NCBI GenBank assembly: GCA_040954595.2
Contig: CM082582.2
Location: 8,576,425 to 8,640,424 of the forward strand
Length of the DNA: 64,000 nucleotides
Source of the DNA: Balanoglossus misakiensis
Lineage: Eukaryota > Animalia > Hemichordata
Reading direction: 5' to 3'
A model generated the notes under the pieces. That model made no database searches. It saw nothing but the letters and a program-made list of their open reading frames with translations, and was not told the origin of the DNA. The first letter of the stretch is position 1. Each line of letters starts with the position of its first letter. Below are positions 1 through 20,933 of the stretch, piece by piece. A program made the translations under genes and the position numbers.

Positions 1-901
1 AACTAGTGACTGTAGTCTGAGGCACTGCGATAGTTTGCTGCGTCTGCACTTTGCCAGGTTCCTGTTTTAGAATCACATGCTGGGGTACACTCGTCTGGGG
101 CTTTGTCACACTGTTCTGTTGCTGGGCCTGGGCAAGTTGTTCCCGCACGGTTAGTTTCCCAGGTGTGGCAATCTTAGTGTTCAGCGAGTGAGCGCTTGTT
201 GTAGGCACAGTTGTTGATACGTTCGTCTGAATACCTTGTGTGGTTACAATTCGCAATACAGTTGGAGTGGAAGAAGTGTTGACAGTGCTTGTATTCGCCA
301 TAACATTTCCTGGGGCGCTAACGTTACTTACAACTGTTCTGGCACCAATAACCGGTGCTGTAGACGTCACCGTGACACCTTTGGTGACGCCGGGGAGGAG
401 GTTCACATTGGCTAAATTCTGTGTGGCCAATACCTGCCTCCCCGAAGCAGTGGGCAAAGTTATTATCCGAACACACGTTGTTGGTGTTGTTGTCCCACTG
501 GTCGCCTGTGCTTGAGGTTTTGTTGTTGGGGCTACTACAGCTGTCGGCGTAGCGCCCACCGATGACACCACGACTGAATTAATCGTCACCGGTTGGCTGG
601 TAGCACTATTTTTCGCCTGATCGACAACAGTTAAGGGAGAGTTCGACAATGAATTACTATTGCCATTTGTGCCTGCTTTTTGTGCTGGCTGTGTCGATTT
701 CGATTGCAATATATTAGCAGTAGAAATCGTTGCGCTACCTACGTGATTGTTGCCAACCGAATTCGTTGAAACTTGGCCTGGTTGTACACCAACACTTTGT
801 GACGCGAGGTGAGCTTCCAGAGAGCCAACCAAGGCATTGACGGCACTCTCATCTATATCTGAAGTAAAAATCTCTTCCAGCGAAGAGTCCGCCGACGCCA
901 T
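1..901 (-). CDS. TAF4: TFIID subunit 4 (TAF4), first coding exon; continues past the window start
   Basis: Minus-strand ATG at 901-899 reads MASADSSLEEIFTSDIDESAVNALVGSLEAHLASQ, resembling the TAF4 N-terminus (human ...EVFFNSEVDEKVVSDLVGSLESQLA). It continues as Q/T/P/V-rich low-complexity sequence. It is absent from the ORF track, consistent with no stop inside the window. Confidence 0.85.
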   Translation of the reverse strand, partial: MASADSSLEEIFTSDIDESAVNALVGSLEAHLASQSVGVQPGQVSTNSVGNNHVGSATISTANILQSKSTQPAQKAGTNGNSNSLSNSPLTVVDQAKNSATSQPVTINSVVVSSVGATPTAVVAPTTKPQAQATSGTTTPTTCVRIITLPTASGRQVLATQNLANVNLLPGVTKGVTVTSTAPVIGARTVVSNVSAPGNVMANTSTVNTSSTPTVLRIVTTQGIQTNVSTTVPTTSAHSLNTKIATPGKLTVREQLAQAQQQNSVTKPQTSVPQHVILKQEPGKVQTQQTIAVPQTTVTS

Positions 902-2278
902 CTTGAATCGGATATGTGCAGTTACTGAATAACTGCGCAGTCTCAGTTCGCAAAGGATGATGGGTAGTCTGTCGTGTGCCCGCCCTCAAGGTCGACCGTT
1001 GAAATATATTCACCTGGATTTTGGGGCGTAATTATTCAAAGTTGCAAACTGTTACCGGCGTTTATGATTTAGCGTCTCTATAAAGTCGCAAATTTCCAAT
1101 TAACCAGCTTTAAATGGGGAACATCGCATACAGAGAAATTATAAAACAATGAATTACATTTATGGTTGTCGCCCATTATCAGAAGGGGAGATTGCATGTT
1201 TTGTAATGCATGTTGAAGCATGTTTCTTTACATTTATACAATATCAAACATGGTCCCTCCTAGTCTAGACTAGGTCCCTCCAGGACCGTGAATTTGATTT
1301 TCTCGAGCGACAGAGAAATGTAAAGTTCAAGTGTTTATTTCCCATGTCGAATCAAATGCAATAAAGATCGATTTACTTTGGAACTTTGGAAGAATCTGAT
1401 AAACATACTACATGTAGTATATACGGACCGCAAAAAAGCGTAAAACTGAGGTCGGTCATAGACAACAGAAGTAATATTTTAGTAAAAGCCGTCCACGTAT
1501 CAATCGTGGTGGTTGTTTTTCCATACGTATTGTATACTGCGAACACAAGCACCTTGATTTTTTAAGGCGCAAAGAAAAATAATCATATATTTCTTCTCCG
1601 TCGCTCAGCCTAGCCGACAGTTATAACTTACGTTTAAAAATCGGCATATGGGCTATCGTTTCAGCTCAAAACAAACTCTTGGAAAATGATCTTATATTTA
1701 GATTTTGAAAAATAAAAAACACAAGTTGGTTATCCGGTTCTGGCCTACTGGTAGGCCTACCGTACTCCAAGTAGATTTTCCCAAGATAGCAAACTTTCTT
1801 GTATGTTATGTTATCATTTATGTGAATCATTCGGGGGAATACAAGGTTTAGATTGGACGAACAGCAAATAATACCACAAAACACTCAAAATATGAAGTCA
1901 TCACAAACTTTCAAAGAATGAGCGCATGACAATGGCATGCGACATGATGAAAAAGTGTAGCAAGAAATAATGTTTCTAGTACTAGTATTTTCAAGACAAC
2001 TTGATTTTTAGTATAAAAATCCTTTGTTTATGGACACATCCTTTGTTTATGCTTCAAACCCACGTGAAATCTCTACACGCCCGGATTATCACGTTACATA
2101 TACGAATAGAATGAAATGTACATGTACTGCATGTAACATACGTAATGGGAAGGGAGACCCAAAGGTATATCCCAGCCTCGATCTCGCCTGTGGTGCTGAG
2201 CATGCGCATGCAATACACATATCGAGAGTTTGAAATATTTCTACGCTACAGCTACAGTCATATCGTGAAGTTGTAATT
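902..2278. promoter_or_regulatory. Head-to-head intergenic/promoter region of TAF4 and CEP89
   Basis: Divergent start codons at 901 (-) and 2279 (+). YY1-like AAGATGGC overlaps the TAF4 ATG. NRF1-type palindrome GCATGCGCATGC at 2200-2211 lies just upstream of the CEP89 ATG. Confidence 0.55.
1252..1281. mobile_element. 12-bp perfect palindrome flanked by 9-bp direct repeats (minimal MITE or footprint)
   Basis: GGTCCCTCC (1252-1260) + TAGTCTAGACTA (1261-1272) + GGTCCCTCC (1273-1281). Confidence 0.55.
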
Positions 2279-10623
<8,345 letters not shown>

Positions 10624-11424
10624 AAAGTGACCAGACCATGTGCCAATGTCAGATGGTTTCCTTAATCCGAGCCAATTTGATTCAATGCAATAAATTATTA
10701 CAGAGCGGCACTTTATAGATCCTGTATAAATTTTGATATTTTATGAAAATGTACATTGAGGAAGTAAATTATCATTTGGTATCCCAGCATTAATATAATC
10801 ATTGGTGACTTAAAAATAAAAACGCCATTTTGCTGACAATCTGTAATTTAATGATAATTAGAACATCTCATGATTTTTGTAATTATAATGGGGTTTTTAT
10901 TTTCTAAGGGGAAAAAAGATTCATAAAAATAAATTACGGTTTTAAAATTCATCATTGAATGTTATCAATACGCAAATTACTCTGGTACAGATCAGGTTTT
11001 GAATCTAGGTTGTGTATTTTGAATGTTATTTTATGTATTTGATCTTGGCATAGTACTTCATCATTCATCTAAGAAACTTTGGCAATGTTTGATTTCCTGC
11101 GAAGCTATTTATTTCCCTATGTGTCTCATCAGACCTGCATTCATATATCAGTCAGTATTAGTCTTGTTGTTCTTATGCTAAAAATGAGAGCGAAATTTGT
11201 GTAAGTTATCTTGTCCCAGTAATGCCTTTCTCCCAAGGGATTACTGAGTGATGTGTTTGGGCTGACACTTTGAAATTAGTCCCCGTACAAGCTGCGATAG
11301 TGTAGATATTGTCATCAGCAGTATTTCAAAAACGAGATGCATCTTCAAAACTTCATTTAGGGTACACTAATTGAAGTCCACATTGTCACTTGTCACTCTC
11401 CGCGCAGAGATTAAAGCTAAACTA

Positions 11425-11465
11425 GCTAGGGGGTCTGACTGGTCGCACCGGTCAGACCCCCTAGC
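11425..11465. repeat. Hairpin with 15-bp arms, MITE-like
   Basis: GCTAGGGGGTCTGAC ... GTCAGACCCCCTAGC. The right side continues AAGGTTA, resembling the AAGGCTA in the arm of the 22435 element. Confidence 0.55.
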
Positions 11466-12537
11466 AAGGTTACAACTGTAAAATGACTGCAGACTTGTGC
11501 GTGGCAGCCATCTTGTCACTGCCAATTGTTGGCCAGGCAAAAACTCATGTGCTTAGTGCCTGTAATTTGTTCCTTGTCACTTCACAGAAGTGTAGGAGTG
11601 CATGATTTTAACATGCCTGTTTTGTTCCCTCACTCAACTGAAATAAATGTCTTACACTTTTCTTGCCTTTTGGTTTAATATGGACCCGTCCTATGCTATG
11701 GTGGATCATCATGCTAGCATCTTTCGTGCCCGTCATAACACTCTCATTAGCTTTGGTCACAATACTGCAATAAATCAAACTTAAATTTTTATGTTGCCAA
11801 TGATGATGTATTGGAAATACCGTGCTGTATATTGTCGTATTATAAAAGTGCACACAACGCGACAGGCCAATCCGCATGGGAAATTAAGATGCTTCGCCTT
11901 TCTCTGAATGGTTTCGGTGTCTTGTTAATTGGTGCATATTGGTGAGCATTCAACGTCAATCGAGTTCCAGGCGTTCTCCGGCTCAATTGGAACTTACAGC
12001 TCGGTTCTGCGGTTGGCGTGAAAGTTACCAGAAACCCGGGCCAGCAAGTCATATGTTGGTATTGACTACTGTCCTGGCATTTGGTATCGATGCATTCACG
12101 AGACCACCCCTTGTTTTGCCTCTTTTCAGCAAGCCCTCTCCCATCGTCACAGACACATCCCAAGACAAGCTTATACGAACACAAGAGACGAATGACTCAA
12201 ATTGCATACACGACCATGCGTGTAGATAATCAAAGGAAGAAAATGAACTTAATAGACAATTTATTTCCAATACAAGCCTAGCATCAATGAATTATATAAA
12301 TCGATGAATTTTTCATCAGACGAGACAGGCTTATGTTCTTATCATTTATTTATACACGATTCGAGAAATACTAGCGAAACCTTTCTTGGGTAATTGGCGG
12401 ATGACGAGTCCGACAGCAACATGTATTGAACACGTCCCATATTTGTCACTCATAGATTAGTTGAAACCTTTCTCGCGAGAAGACACTTCTTTAATTTTTT
12501 TGTACTTTTTGATGAGGATCCTTCCCCATCGGTTGCA

Positions 12538-15500
12538 ATGGAAGACGAAACTTCCATTGGGTTAGACCGAGCGCAGGGGCGGTTAGACCGAGCAGGCGTC
12601 ACCCGAGTCGCACCAACGCTGGCGCAGGCGACAGCAAGCGCAGGCGACGGATGCACCAGGCAAAAATCGACGCACAAGAAACTCGCCGAACACTTCATCG
12701 CCAGCACCTCGGCGCACGGACTGCCGAAAATCTTCGAAAAGCGGAACGGTGTCTTGACTCTCTTTTGGACGCTGATCTTCTTGGCGGCAATCGGTGTATC
12801 GACGTGGCAGATTTACGAATTGATTCAGCAGTTCTTGGGGAGAGATGTCAACGTCAGGGTAAGACATTTTACAAAATTTCACAGCTAAATATACTTTGAG
12901 CATATATATACTTTGCATTGGATATTTCCAAGGCCCTCTCTGAGAGACACACACGTTCGACATTAACGAAGTTCACTCTTGTACATTTGAACTTCTCCGT
13001 ATAGGTTGAGGTGAAAACGGTCCCAAGTCTCACCTTCCCGTCCGTGTCCGTCTGCAATACCAACGCACTGAGAAAATCGGCAATAGAAAAGTCGAAATAT
13101 CGTCGGCTGCTCGCAGTGGATACCGAAGTTGTCAGGCCGTATTACGGTATAGCATCGTCCCACTTTCCCGTCCATTTTTAGTAAAGTTAAGCCTTCTTTT
13201 AGTAAAGTTTATAGTTGAAGGCTAATGAAGACATACCACACATTACCAATTACAGGTGTTAACTTAGTGATTGGCGACCATTTTGGATTTCAAATTTGAG
13301 ACAATTGTGCTGTCTCATTCAAAATTTTGGACATCGGTGACGGGTAAATTTTTATTCCCAATTTTAAGACGAAATAATCTAGAGTTGCCTTGAGAAATGT
13401 ATGAGAAAGGGTTAGAGGTTTCGAGGCGCAATGATCTAACAGGGTCATGTGTGTCATATGATTCTGTCTCAGCATCCCAATGTCTGGAGGGCGATTTCCG
13501 TTGCAACAACACTGGTTGTATAAAGAGTTACCTGAAGTGTGACGGGTATGATAACTGCAGAGACAGAAGCGATGAAGTTGGTTGCCAATATGGTAAGTCG
13601 TGGTTTCTACTCTGGGGTGGTCGGCTGTTCCACAAATTATTGTTAGTTGCCTGACTAACACAAATATACTTATTTGGGGAAATGGTATGTTTCCATGCAA
13701 CTTCGGAAGCCTGTTCAGTGAAAGTAGAAATGAGGCAGCGGGTGTTACAGTATTTCAGTTTGTGGTGATGTTGTTCTTCTTGTCCAATAAAAGGTAAATG
13801 CAGCAGAACTCAATTCAAATGTACAACTGGCAGTGACATGGGTGTGTGTATCGACCGAAAACGGAAATGCGATCGAATTTTAGACTGTTATGGTGGCGAA
13901 GATGAAGATAAGTGCGGTATGTCGTTTCGCGATTGTTCCTAATTTTCTCGCAAAATTACACCCTCCGCGGTAGATGGTGTATGTGCCAGATGCTCACGTC
14001 CATACCAACGCAGATGGTGAAGGTATGAGCGAGTAATATGACAGAATTACTCCATGACCTCTGCGCACGATCCTGCTTTATTCATTATCTCAAAGCTCAA
14101 GTATTTTTGTGATTCTAAAGTCACATTTATGTTAATGTCATATCAGATTGCAAAGACAAAAAGGAGTTCAGCTGTGAGACAAGTGGGCGATGCATTCCAA
14201 ACGACAAGCTCTGCAATGGCGTCGAAGACTGTCCAGACGGTAGTGACGAAAGCAGCTGTGCGTAGGGTTTTTCTCTACTCGAGTGATGATTTTGTGTACA
14301 GATTTTGCTTCCTATTCCATTTTATTGCGTCAGAGTATTTTTGAGTATTTGTTAACGTTTTTGTTTATCTTTTTTTTAAATCAAGGAATACGTTAAACCT
14401 CTGACCTCGTTGTATGTAATGGAGGGGTCGGGGTATTCTCACGTCGCTTCATATCCATTCGTGTCCACAGGTACTGGTTCGGGGACATTCTGTACGGACC
14501 AGTCCTTCAAATGCGATAACAACAGGAAGTGCATAAACCCGTCTTATCAGTGTGATGGGGAGTACGATTGCAGTGACAAGACTGATGAAGAAGGATGCGA
14601 CAATCAGCCTGACGGTCAGACACATCACTTTGACTATATGTTTAATTTGTTTGTTCGTTTATTCCTTTGTTTGTTTGTTCGTGTGTTTCTTTAAAGTACA
14701 TGTACCTGTCCTACCTACGTAAACACCTCTTTGTATGCCTCCGCCCGTTTGTTGCTAATCCAACCACGGACCAAAAGCATATTCACCCAGCTACCCATTG
14801 TAAATTCTATTATTATGTGAAGTCGAGAAAATGTAACTTTTGCCATTTTCCGTCACAGTTCCAAAGGAATGTGCAGATTGGGAGTATCAATGCGATGCAA
14901 AGAAATGCATACCATTACGCTATAAATGTGATGGCGAAGAAGACTGTGTGACTGGTTCGGATGAACGTATCTGTTTCGACGACCCTCGGGATTTATGGAC
15001 AGGTAACAAATTGCGTTACGATTAGAGCTATGCTCTGGAAATTTATATTAATACAAATGAGCAATTTCTAAGCCGTGTGTTCTCAAAGTATCTGAAACTC
15101 CACTCTGTGTAAGGCACGATAAATTTGTTAGTCAGATATGAAGGAAATGATTTTTTATTTCCAAATTATGTTTAACCCAGTGATGTGCGCTGACCAGAAA
15201 TTTAATTGTGATATTTTCCGGTGCATCCCAAACTCACAAATCTGTGATGGCGAGGCCCAGTGTTCCGACCAAAGCGACGAAAGTCCGAGCATTTGCGATG
15301 TTCACGGTATGTCTTATTCCTGCTTACCATTCAACTAGGTTTCACGTGGTCGTTTATGAATTTTTACTCGTCTTCATGCATGCATGTTACTGTTGGTGTC
15401 TGTAGTTTCCCGTCTATTGGGGACCTAACCAGCTTCATTTACGACAGACTGCTTTGGCTTTTTAAGGTCAACACCGATACATCACATGTATTGAAAGGGG

Positions 15501-18500
15501 AAGTGCATGGTCCTATGACAATACTCTCTTTGCATTGTTCGATGCAGACCCAACACTGTTTCAGTGCGGCAGCGGCGAGTTCTACCCTTTATCGTACAAA
15601 TGTGATGGGGAATACGACTGTGCTGATGGGTTTGATGAAGACGAAACTGAATGTGAAGGTATGGAAACCAGTTTTGGGGGGATGTCTGTTCAGACTTAAC
15701 ACGCGACATATAGAGACAAGTTTCACTCATGACACGGAAAGTACGAAAAAGAGCCCTTGCAATGACAATTTTCGTCGATAGTTAATGATGGCAAGGGCAT
15801 TTCTCATTTGTAATGGGTGATTTATAAATAGATGCTCAGGTCATTTCATTTGGTTCCAGGTCTGTTGTTCACATGTGTCAGCGATTACGTGAAAATCAAA
15901 ATGGATTACAAATGCAACAGTTTCCTTGACTGTACGGATGGATCTGACGAAGCTGATTGCGACGAGGTGACAGATACTACGGACACGCCACCAGAATGTA
16001 CGTCAGGCACCAATCTGATTAAAATCAGATGTAGGGTACGGCGACTTGTGAGGCGACAGCATAAAAAACACAAGTCGCCGTTCCCTACATCTGATTTTAA
16101 TCAGATTGGTCAGGCACAAACTTACTTTGCGTATGAGTGCTCTTTTGACTTAAAAGTGATCAGTAGACTTTTGTGTGCTTGCCCACAGTCTTTCGATGCG
16201 AAGGGAGTGGGGCTCTAATCGACCGCAGCCAACACTGCAACAAAGTTGTTGACTGCGACGACGCCAGCGATGAAACAAACTGTCAGCGAGGTAAGTGCAT
16301 GGCTACAGCAGAAAGTGGCTTTCGTTATTCATTCTTCGATAAGGTTAAAAGTCCGAATGACGTAGTTGTGTCTAGTATGGGCTTACATGACCCCTGGGCC
16401 CACGACACTGACCATTCCCCAATGCATGCCTACCCCTGAAGTGCCTGGACCCCCAAAGCCAGTTATGGGGTGTCTTAAAGTCCCCAGTACAGACAACAGT
16501 ATTCTGTTACCCTCATTCGATGACACATGTCACATTGTTTAATTTCGACCAGGACGAGATGCCTCGCACAGACCAGAAATTGAAGCTCTAATGGACGAAT
16601 ACTCACACTTCGGTGATAAATATCACCTCTTTGCGGATTTTGTGGAATACTACTACGACGACCACATGTTCGGGAGGGTGGCGAGCGAGGACCCGCCAGA
16701 CTGGTACGGCTTCATAACCTACAGCAAGACCCCCGACTACAGCGACCTGGAAGATGTGCTCAAACTCACAAAGGACGAAGTTAGAGAACTCGGACATCAA
16801 ATGGAAGACTTTGTACTGAAGTGTGAGTTTGACGGAGAAAAATGCGATTTGGAGAGGTGAGGAAAGGAAATTCACCCCAATTTCTCATAAATAAATGATT
16901 TCTGATGGCATTAGTGGCATTTGAGTGTGACTTCTCCCTATTTTGACTTACAGCGACACGCAATTCCGCGTGTATCAAGACGAGAAGTATGGCAACTGTT
17001 TTCAGTTCAATTATTTTGATCCCGAAAGTGACGTTTCTGCGCAGCGCACGACAAAACCAGGAGCTAAATACGGTGAGTTTGTCATTATGAAATTTGGGGG
17101 TTGATTTACATACGGGGCTAGATTTTATCTTATGTAATAATCACCAACCATTCTTTCAACTGTAGGTCTTGAGTTGATCTTATTCACCGAGCAAAACGAA
17201 TACATAAGTGTGTATGGTCGACAATCTGGCGCGCGTGTCGTCATCAAATCACCCGGGATACCGACCATCCCATCCGTTGAAGGAATAACCGTGGTTCCTG
17301 GCATGATCTCTTCCATTGGAATCAAAGAGGTAAAGCAACATCGATGGAATTTTGTCACTCATTTGGTATGATAACTCCGACATCTGAAGAATGTGTATTA
17401 AAATGAACGCCTACTATATCTTCCCTTCTTTACAGAAAAGAAACAAGCGAATGCCTTACCCCTTTGGGAACTGCAGAACTGATGTGCAATACAATTCGGT
17501 GTTTGGAGGGAAATACTCGAAAATCGTAAGATATTGTCGTTCATTTGAAAGTTCACGAAACGTGCATGCTATCTCTTGAATGTGTAAACTCTTCGTGAAA
17601 ACACGCGAATAAGAATATAATTCTCTTAAATGCTACAAGAAGGGAAAAGAAAACTTAAATATCCACACTACAGCAGGACTGCCCAGGGGTCGCAAAAGTT
17701 GCAACACGCAAGAGATCATTCCCGCCATCCGGTTCGTATTTCAGGCGTGCGAAGAAGACTGCGTCCAGAAGAGAATGCTGGCACACTGCGGCTGCGTGGA
17801 CACCGTGATGATGAATGAAACCCGATGTACGCTCTTGAACAGGACACAAGGTAGGACAATCATGTAGGATGTGTCTCTTTAAAGCTGTAACATGTATTGA
17901 CCGGGCCAAAGCTGTAGGCCCCGTGAAACCCATCCGCCCATCCTCACAGAAGGGCACAACGAAAATCCAGACACCAGAAGAGACAGTCCCAGACGGACGC
18001 AGACGTGATACATATATGTGTTTCTGTATTTCAGATGTATGTAAAAAGTTGATGTATTACTTACTGGGCAAGAACGAGCTTGGGTGTCAGTGCCCTCAAG
18101 TCTGCGAGTAAGTTAAAAGTCAGAGAAATTTAAAAATAAATATGTATGTTGGAATATTAGAGTGAAATTTTTCGCTGCTTTTGGATAAAATGTCACAAGA
18201 CTATGCACGCTTACACTCAATAGAAACTATATGAATCCTGGGGTACGTTATAACACGCATTTCCACCTATAGTTAATACATGACGGTGCAGACATCAATT
18301 TTCTTCCAGGGAAAGTTGGTATGAAACTACAGTATCCCAATCGCTGTGGCCGTCTGATACATACCTTGTAAGTTATTCCTTAGTTTGATTGACAAAGAAT
18401 GAGCTCCAGCAAAAAAAGCCACGCGTTTGCATAAATTTACATATTGTCCACCATTGCCTTATTCTTAGAAGGCGCGGATCGTATGTATGAAATATAAAGA

Positions 18501-19302
18501 GGACGACTTTACCCACATGATTGATTGGCAATGGTTTAGTAATACAAATGTACTACAGACACACATGCCGTCGTGTTTTTTTTAACATGGTGTGTCTTCT
18601 ACTTGATGTAGACTCCTATCTGCGATGCCTTACATTCGTATCTTTCAAAAAATATTTTGCAGAAACACTTACTGAAGGAGATTCACTTCATCAATAACAA
18701 GACCCGTGACATAAGTGACTTCACATCTGCCAGGTGAGAACCCTGCAATGCGGTCGCTTTGTTTAGTCCATTTGCAACGCATTCACTGTCGCACATTCAC
18801 CTGCAAGATGGTGCCCCATCAACGTCGGTCTCGATAATTAGAATAAACTTGGTATTTGGGCGGCAACCATGGAACGACCGAAAAATGCATGCGTACCTTA
18901 TGATAAATAACCCTGCGCAAAAATTGTTTCGTACAGCAAAAATCTGGTGCGACTTGAGGTGTTTTTCAGCGAACTTAACTACGAGCTGATTGAGGAAATA
19001 CCGGCGATTACAGTAAGTCTGGAAATTTCAATATATGTTATTATGTCCAAGCTTCTCTGAAAGCTGAATTTCAACCAAATGGTATATTATGTGAAACAAC
19101 TTGTCGCAAGAGATGTTCTTAATGTACAATGATCTTGTTTCATTGCGTTGTATAGGTGAAAAACCTTCTGAGTGATATCGGCGGGACGCTTGGCCTGTAC
19201 TGTGGGTTTTCCTTCATAACAGTCGTCGAATTCCTGCAGTTTTTCTGCGATTTGCTGGTCCTGACCTTCGCGAGGGAACGCCGGCAACGAAGAAACAACT
19301 GA
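12538..19302 (+). CDS. DEG/ENaC (amiloride-sensitive Na+ channel family) subunit with nine LDLa repeats in the ectodomain, paralogue A, about 929 aa
   Basis: 21 GT-AG exons total 2790 nt in frame. 12538-12858: TSAHG motif and TM1. 13005-13146: [10 protein letters not shown]. LDLa exons: 13473-13592, 13794-13916, 14147-14257, 14471-14614, 14859-15002, 15181-15306, 15548-15658, 15860-15997, 16189-16290. Then 16553-16856 ([16 protein letters not shown]), 16954-17072 (YGNCFQFN), 17166-17329, 17436-17525, 17745-17850 and 18035-18107 (Cys-rich thumb), 18310-18367 (SLWPS), 18663-18733, 18937-19012, and 19156-19302 (TM2 [16 protein letters not shown]). Confidence 0.93.
16002..16117. mobile_element. 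98-bp palindromic MITE with 9-bp target-site duplication, in an intron of channel A
   Basis: Direct repeat GTCAGGCAC at 16002-16010 and 16109-16117. The element 16011-16108 has 40-bp arms (CAATCTGATTAAAATCAGATGTAGGGTACGGCGACTTGTG and its reverse complement with one mismatch). Confidence 0.8.
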
Positions 19303-20512
19303 ACCGAACCACCACGTGACACGCGCTCAGCTCCGCCACCCATCATGCAGTTCGAACCATCCTTCAACACGTGACATTCAATTGCAGCGAATAGACAACC
19401 AGAGTCAGTGATACGTCATCAGTTCCAAGGATTTCGCTCTCGCCTAATTGGTGATAATCGCGAATGAAACAGGTTTTAATTTATTATCTGCTGGCACTTG
19501 CAGAAATTACATTGATTAATTAGAAATGCACAACAACAACATCTAATATGACAGATCCAAGGATTGAAATTGTCAATGTCACCTTCGTGTGACAGGTCAT
19601 CATTGAGACGTGACTTTATATTCTTCAATTTAAGCAATAAGATATACTAGTAGCTATTTGAGTATTATTAAGTTATTTATAATTCATTGAGCAAAATAAG
19701 ATTGGTAAAAATTGAAAATAATTATTCAACTTTCTAAAGCATTTGTAATTGCATGCGTTAGAGTGTCTTGTACGACCGATAAATATCTCAAGGTTTTAGA
19801 CGAGATTGGCGACTGTTACATTCGAATTTATTATAAATTTTCTACTTGTATGTGTCTGTTCCATGTTTGATAACTAATGTTACTGTAAAATCATTAAAAT
19901 AAGTGTGAAAAAGTACAGTGGCTGGTGATTCTCGTTGATTATTTGACGTAGATATTTCTATCCTATGGACGCAATTTCCATCCACAGGGAAAATTGACCG
20001 TGGACGGTAGAGTAATTAAGATGATCAGCATGCATAATTATCATAATTGTAGTAATTAAATGGCCATCTCTCATGGAACGCTTGAAGCTTTTATGACTTC
20101 GAGCAAAAATTCCACATCTCCCGGGTGGCATGGTAACTGCCATGGATGAAAAGGCACTTCACGCATGGGTTCAAGTAATCAACGATATATGGCTGGATTT
20201 GTCCTTCTTGACAAGATCACACGAACCGAAGCAATTATAATTAGATACCGCAGAATAACAACATGTTATTATGTTGAACAGTTCTTTAAGGTAGTATGCT
20301 CCTTGAAAGCCAAGGTAATACATTTTTTTCATGTTTTACTCAAACTCAAAACAACTGCAAAGAAATCTAAAGGTAAAAAGGGGTATCGAGTTTTCCAACG
20401 ATGGCACTAACAGTGTACTTTTCCACGGGTGGTGAAAGTTTAAATATTTACCTTTGAGGGCCGCTTAGAGAGTTGCGGGGTTCTACCACACCCACCTGAC
20501 TTTGGTTTACAG

Positions 20513-20526
20513 GTTGCCTTGGTAAC
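20513..20526. promoter_or_regulatory. RFX X-box upstream of channel B
   Basis: GTTGCCTTGGTAAC matches GTNRCC(N0-3)RGYAAC exactly. It lies about 250 bp before a putative 5'UTR donor (AGG/GTAAGA near 20775) and 420 bp before the ATG. Confidence 0.55.
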
Positions 20527-20933
20527 GATTATTGAATGTTATCATTTGTCATTGTGGGTGTTGCCATGTCCACACATCTCATTAATCAACCAGCAGTCAT
20601 AATTGAAAATTGGTCTTCGAACAACAGTCGTTATTTGAGTAACTTACTACGTGACTGGTAACGTTGACTTTGTCGCCTTTAACAAGAGCTGCCTCGGCCG
20701 AAAGTAACGCGCCTTTATGGACAGAAGAACAGCGGTGCGTTTGAGAAGAGATTACATTTTGGTCTGAAGTTTAGGGTAAGAAATATACAACTATTAAGCT
20801 CGTTATTTTGATTTATCACAGTGAGGTATGAAACAGAACAGAATTCCTGGTCCACATGTCTTTTTGCAAATACGAGACCAGACCTGGACGCAAAATATCA
20901 ACGCTTTTGCAATTGATTCTCAATATCTAGCTT

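Noticed and set aside
240-515. 91-aa plus-strand ORF
   Set aside because: Antisense shadow of TAF4 exon 1.
12560-12593. Duplicated GGTTAGACCGAGC in channel A exon 1
   Set aside because: A small in-frame duplication in the variable cytoplasmic N-terminus, with no evidence of function.
13473-16290. LDLa exons as an independent LDL-receptor/LRP gene nested in the channel locus
   Set aside because: There is no signal peptide, EGF/YWTD repeat, own transmembrane segment or stop. Phases join cleanly to channel exons on both sides, and the arrangement is preserved in both paralogues.
20285-20490. TTAAGGTAGTA... as a possible DNA transposon end, with similar ACTACCTTA ends near 28380 and 52621
   Set aside because: No matching paired terminus or target-site duplication could be confirmed; too degenerate to call.
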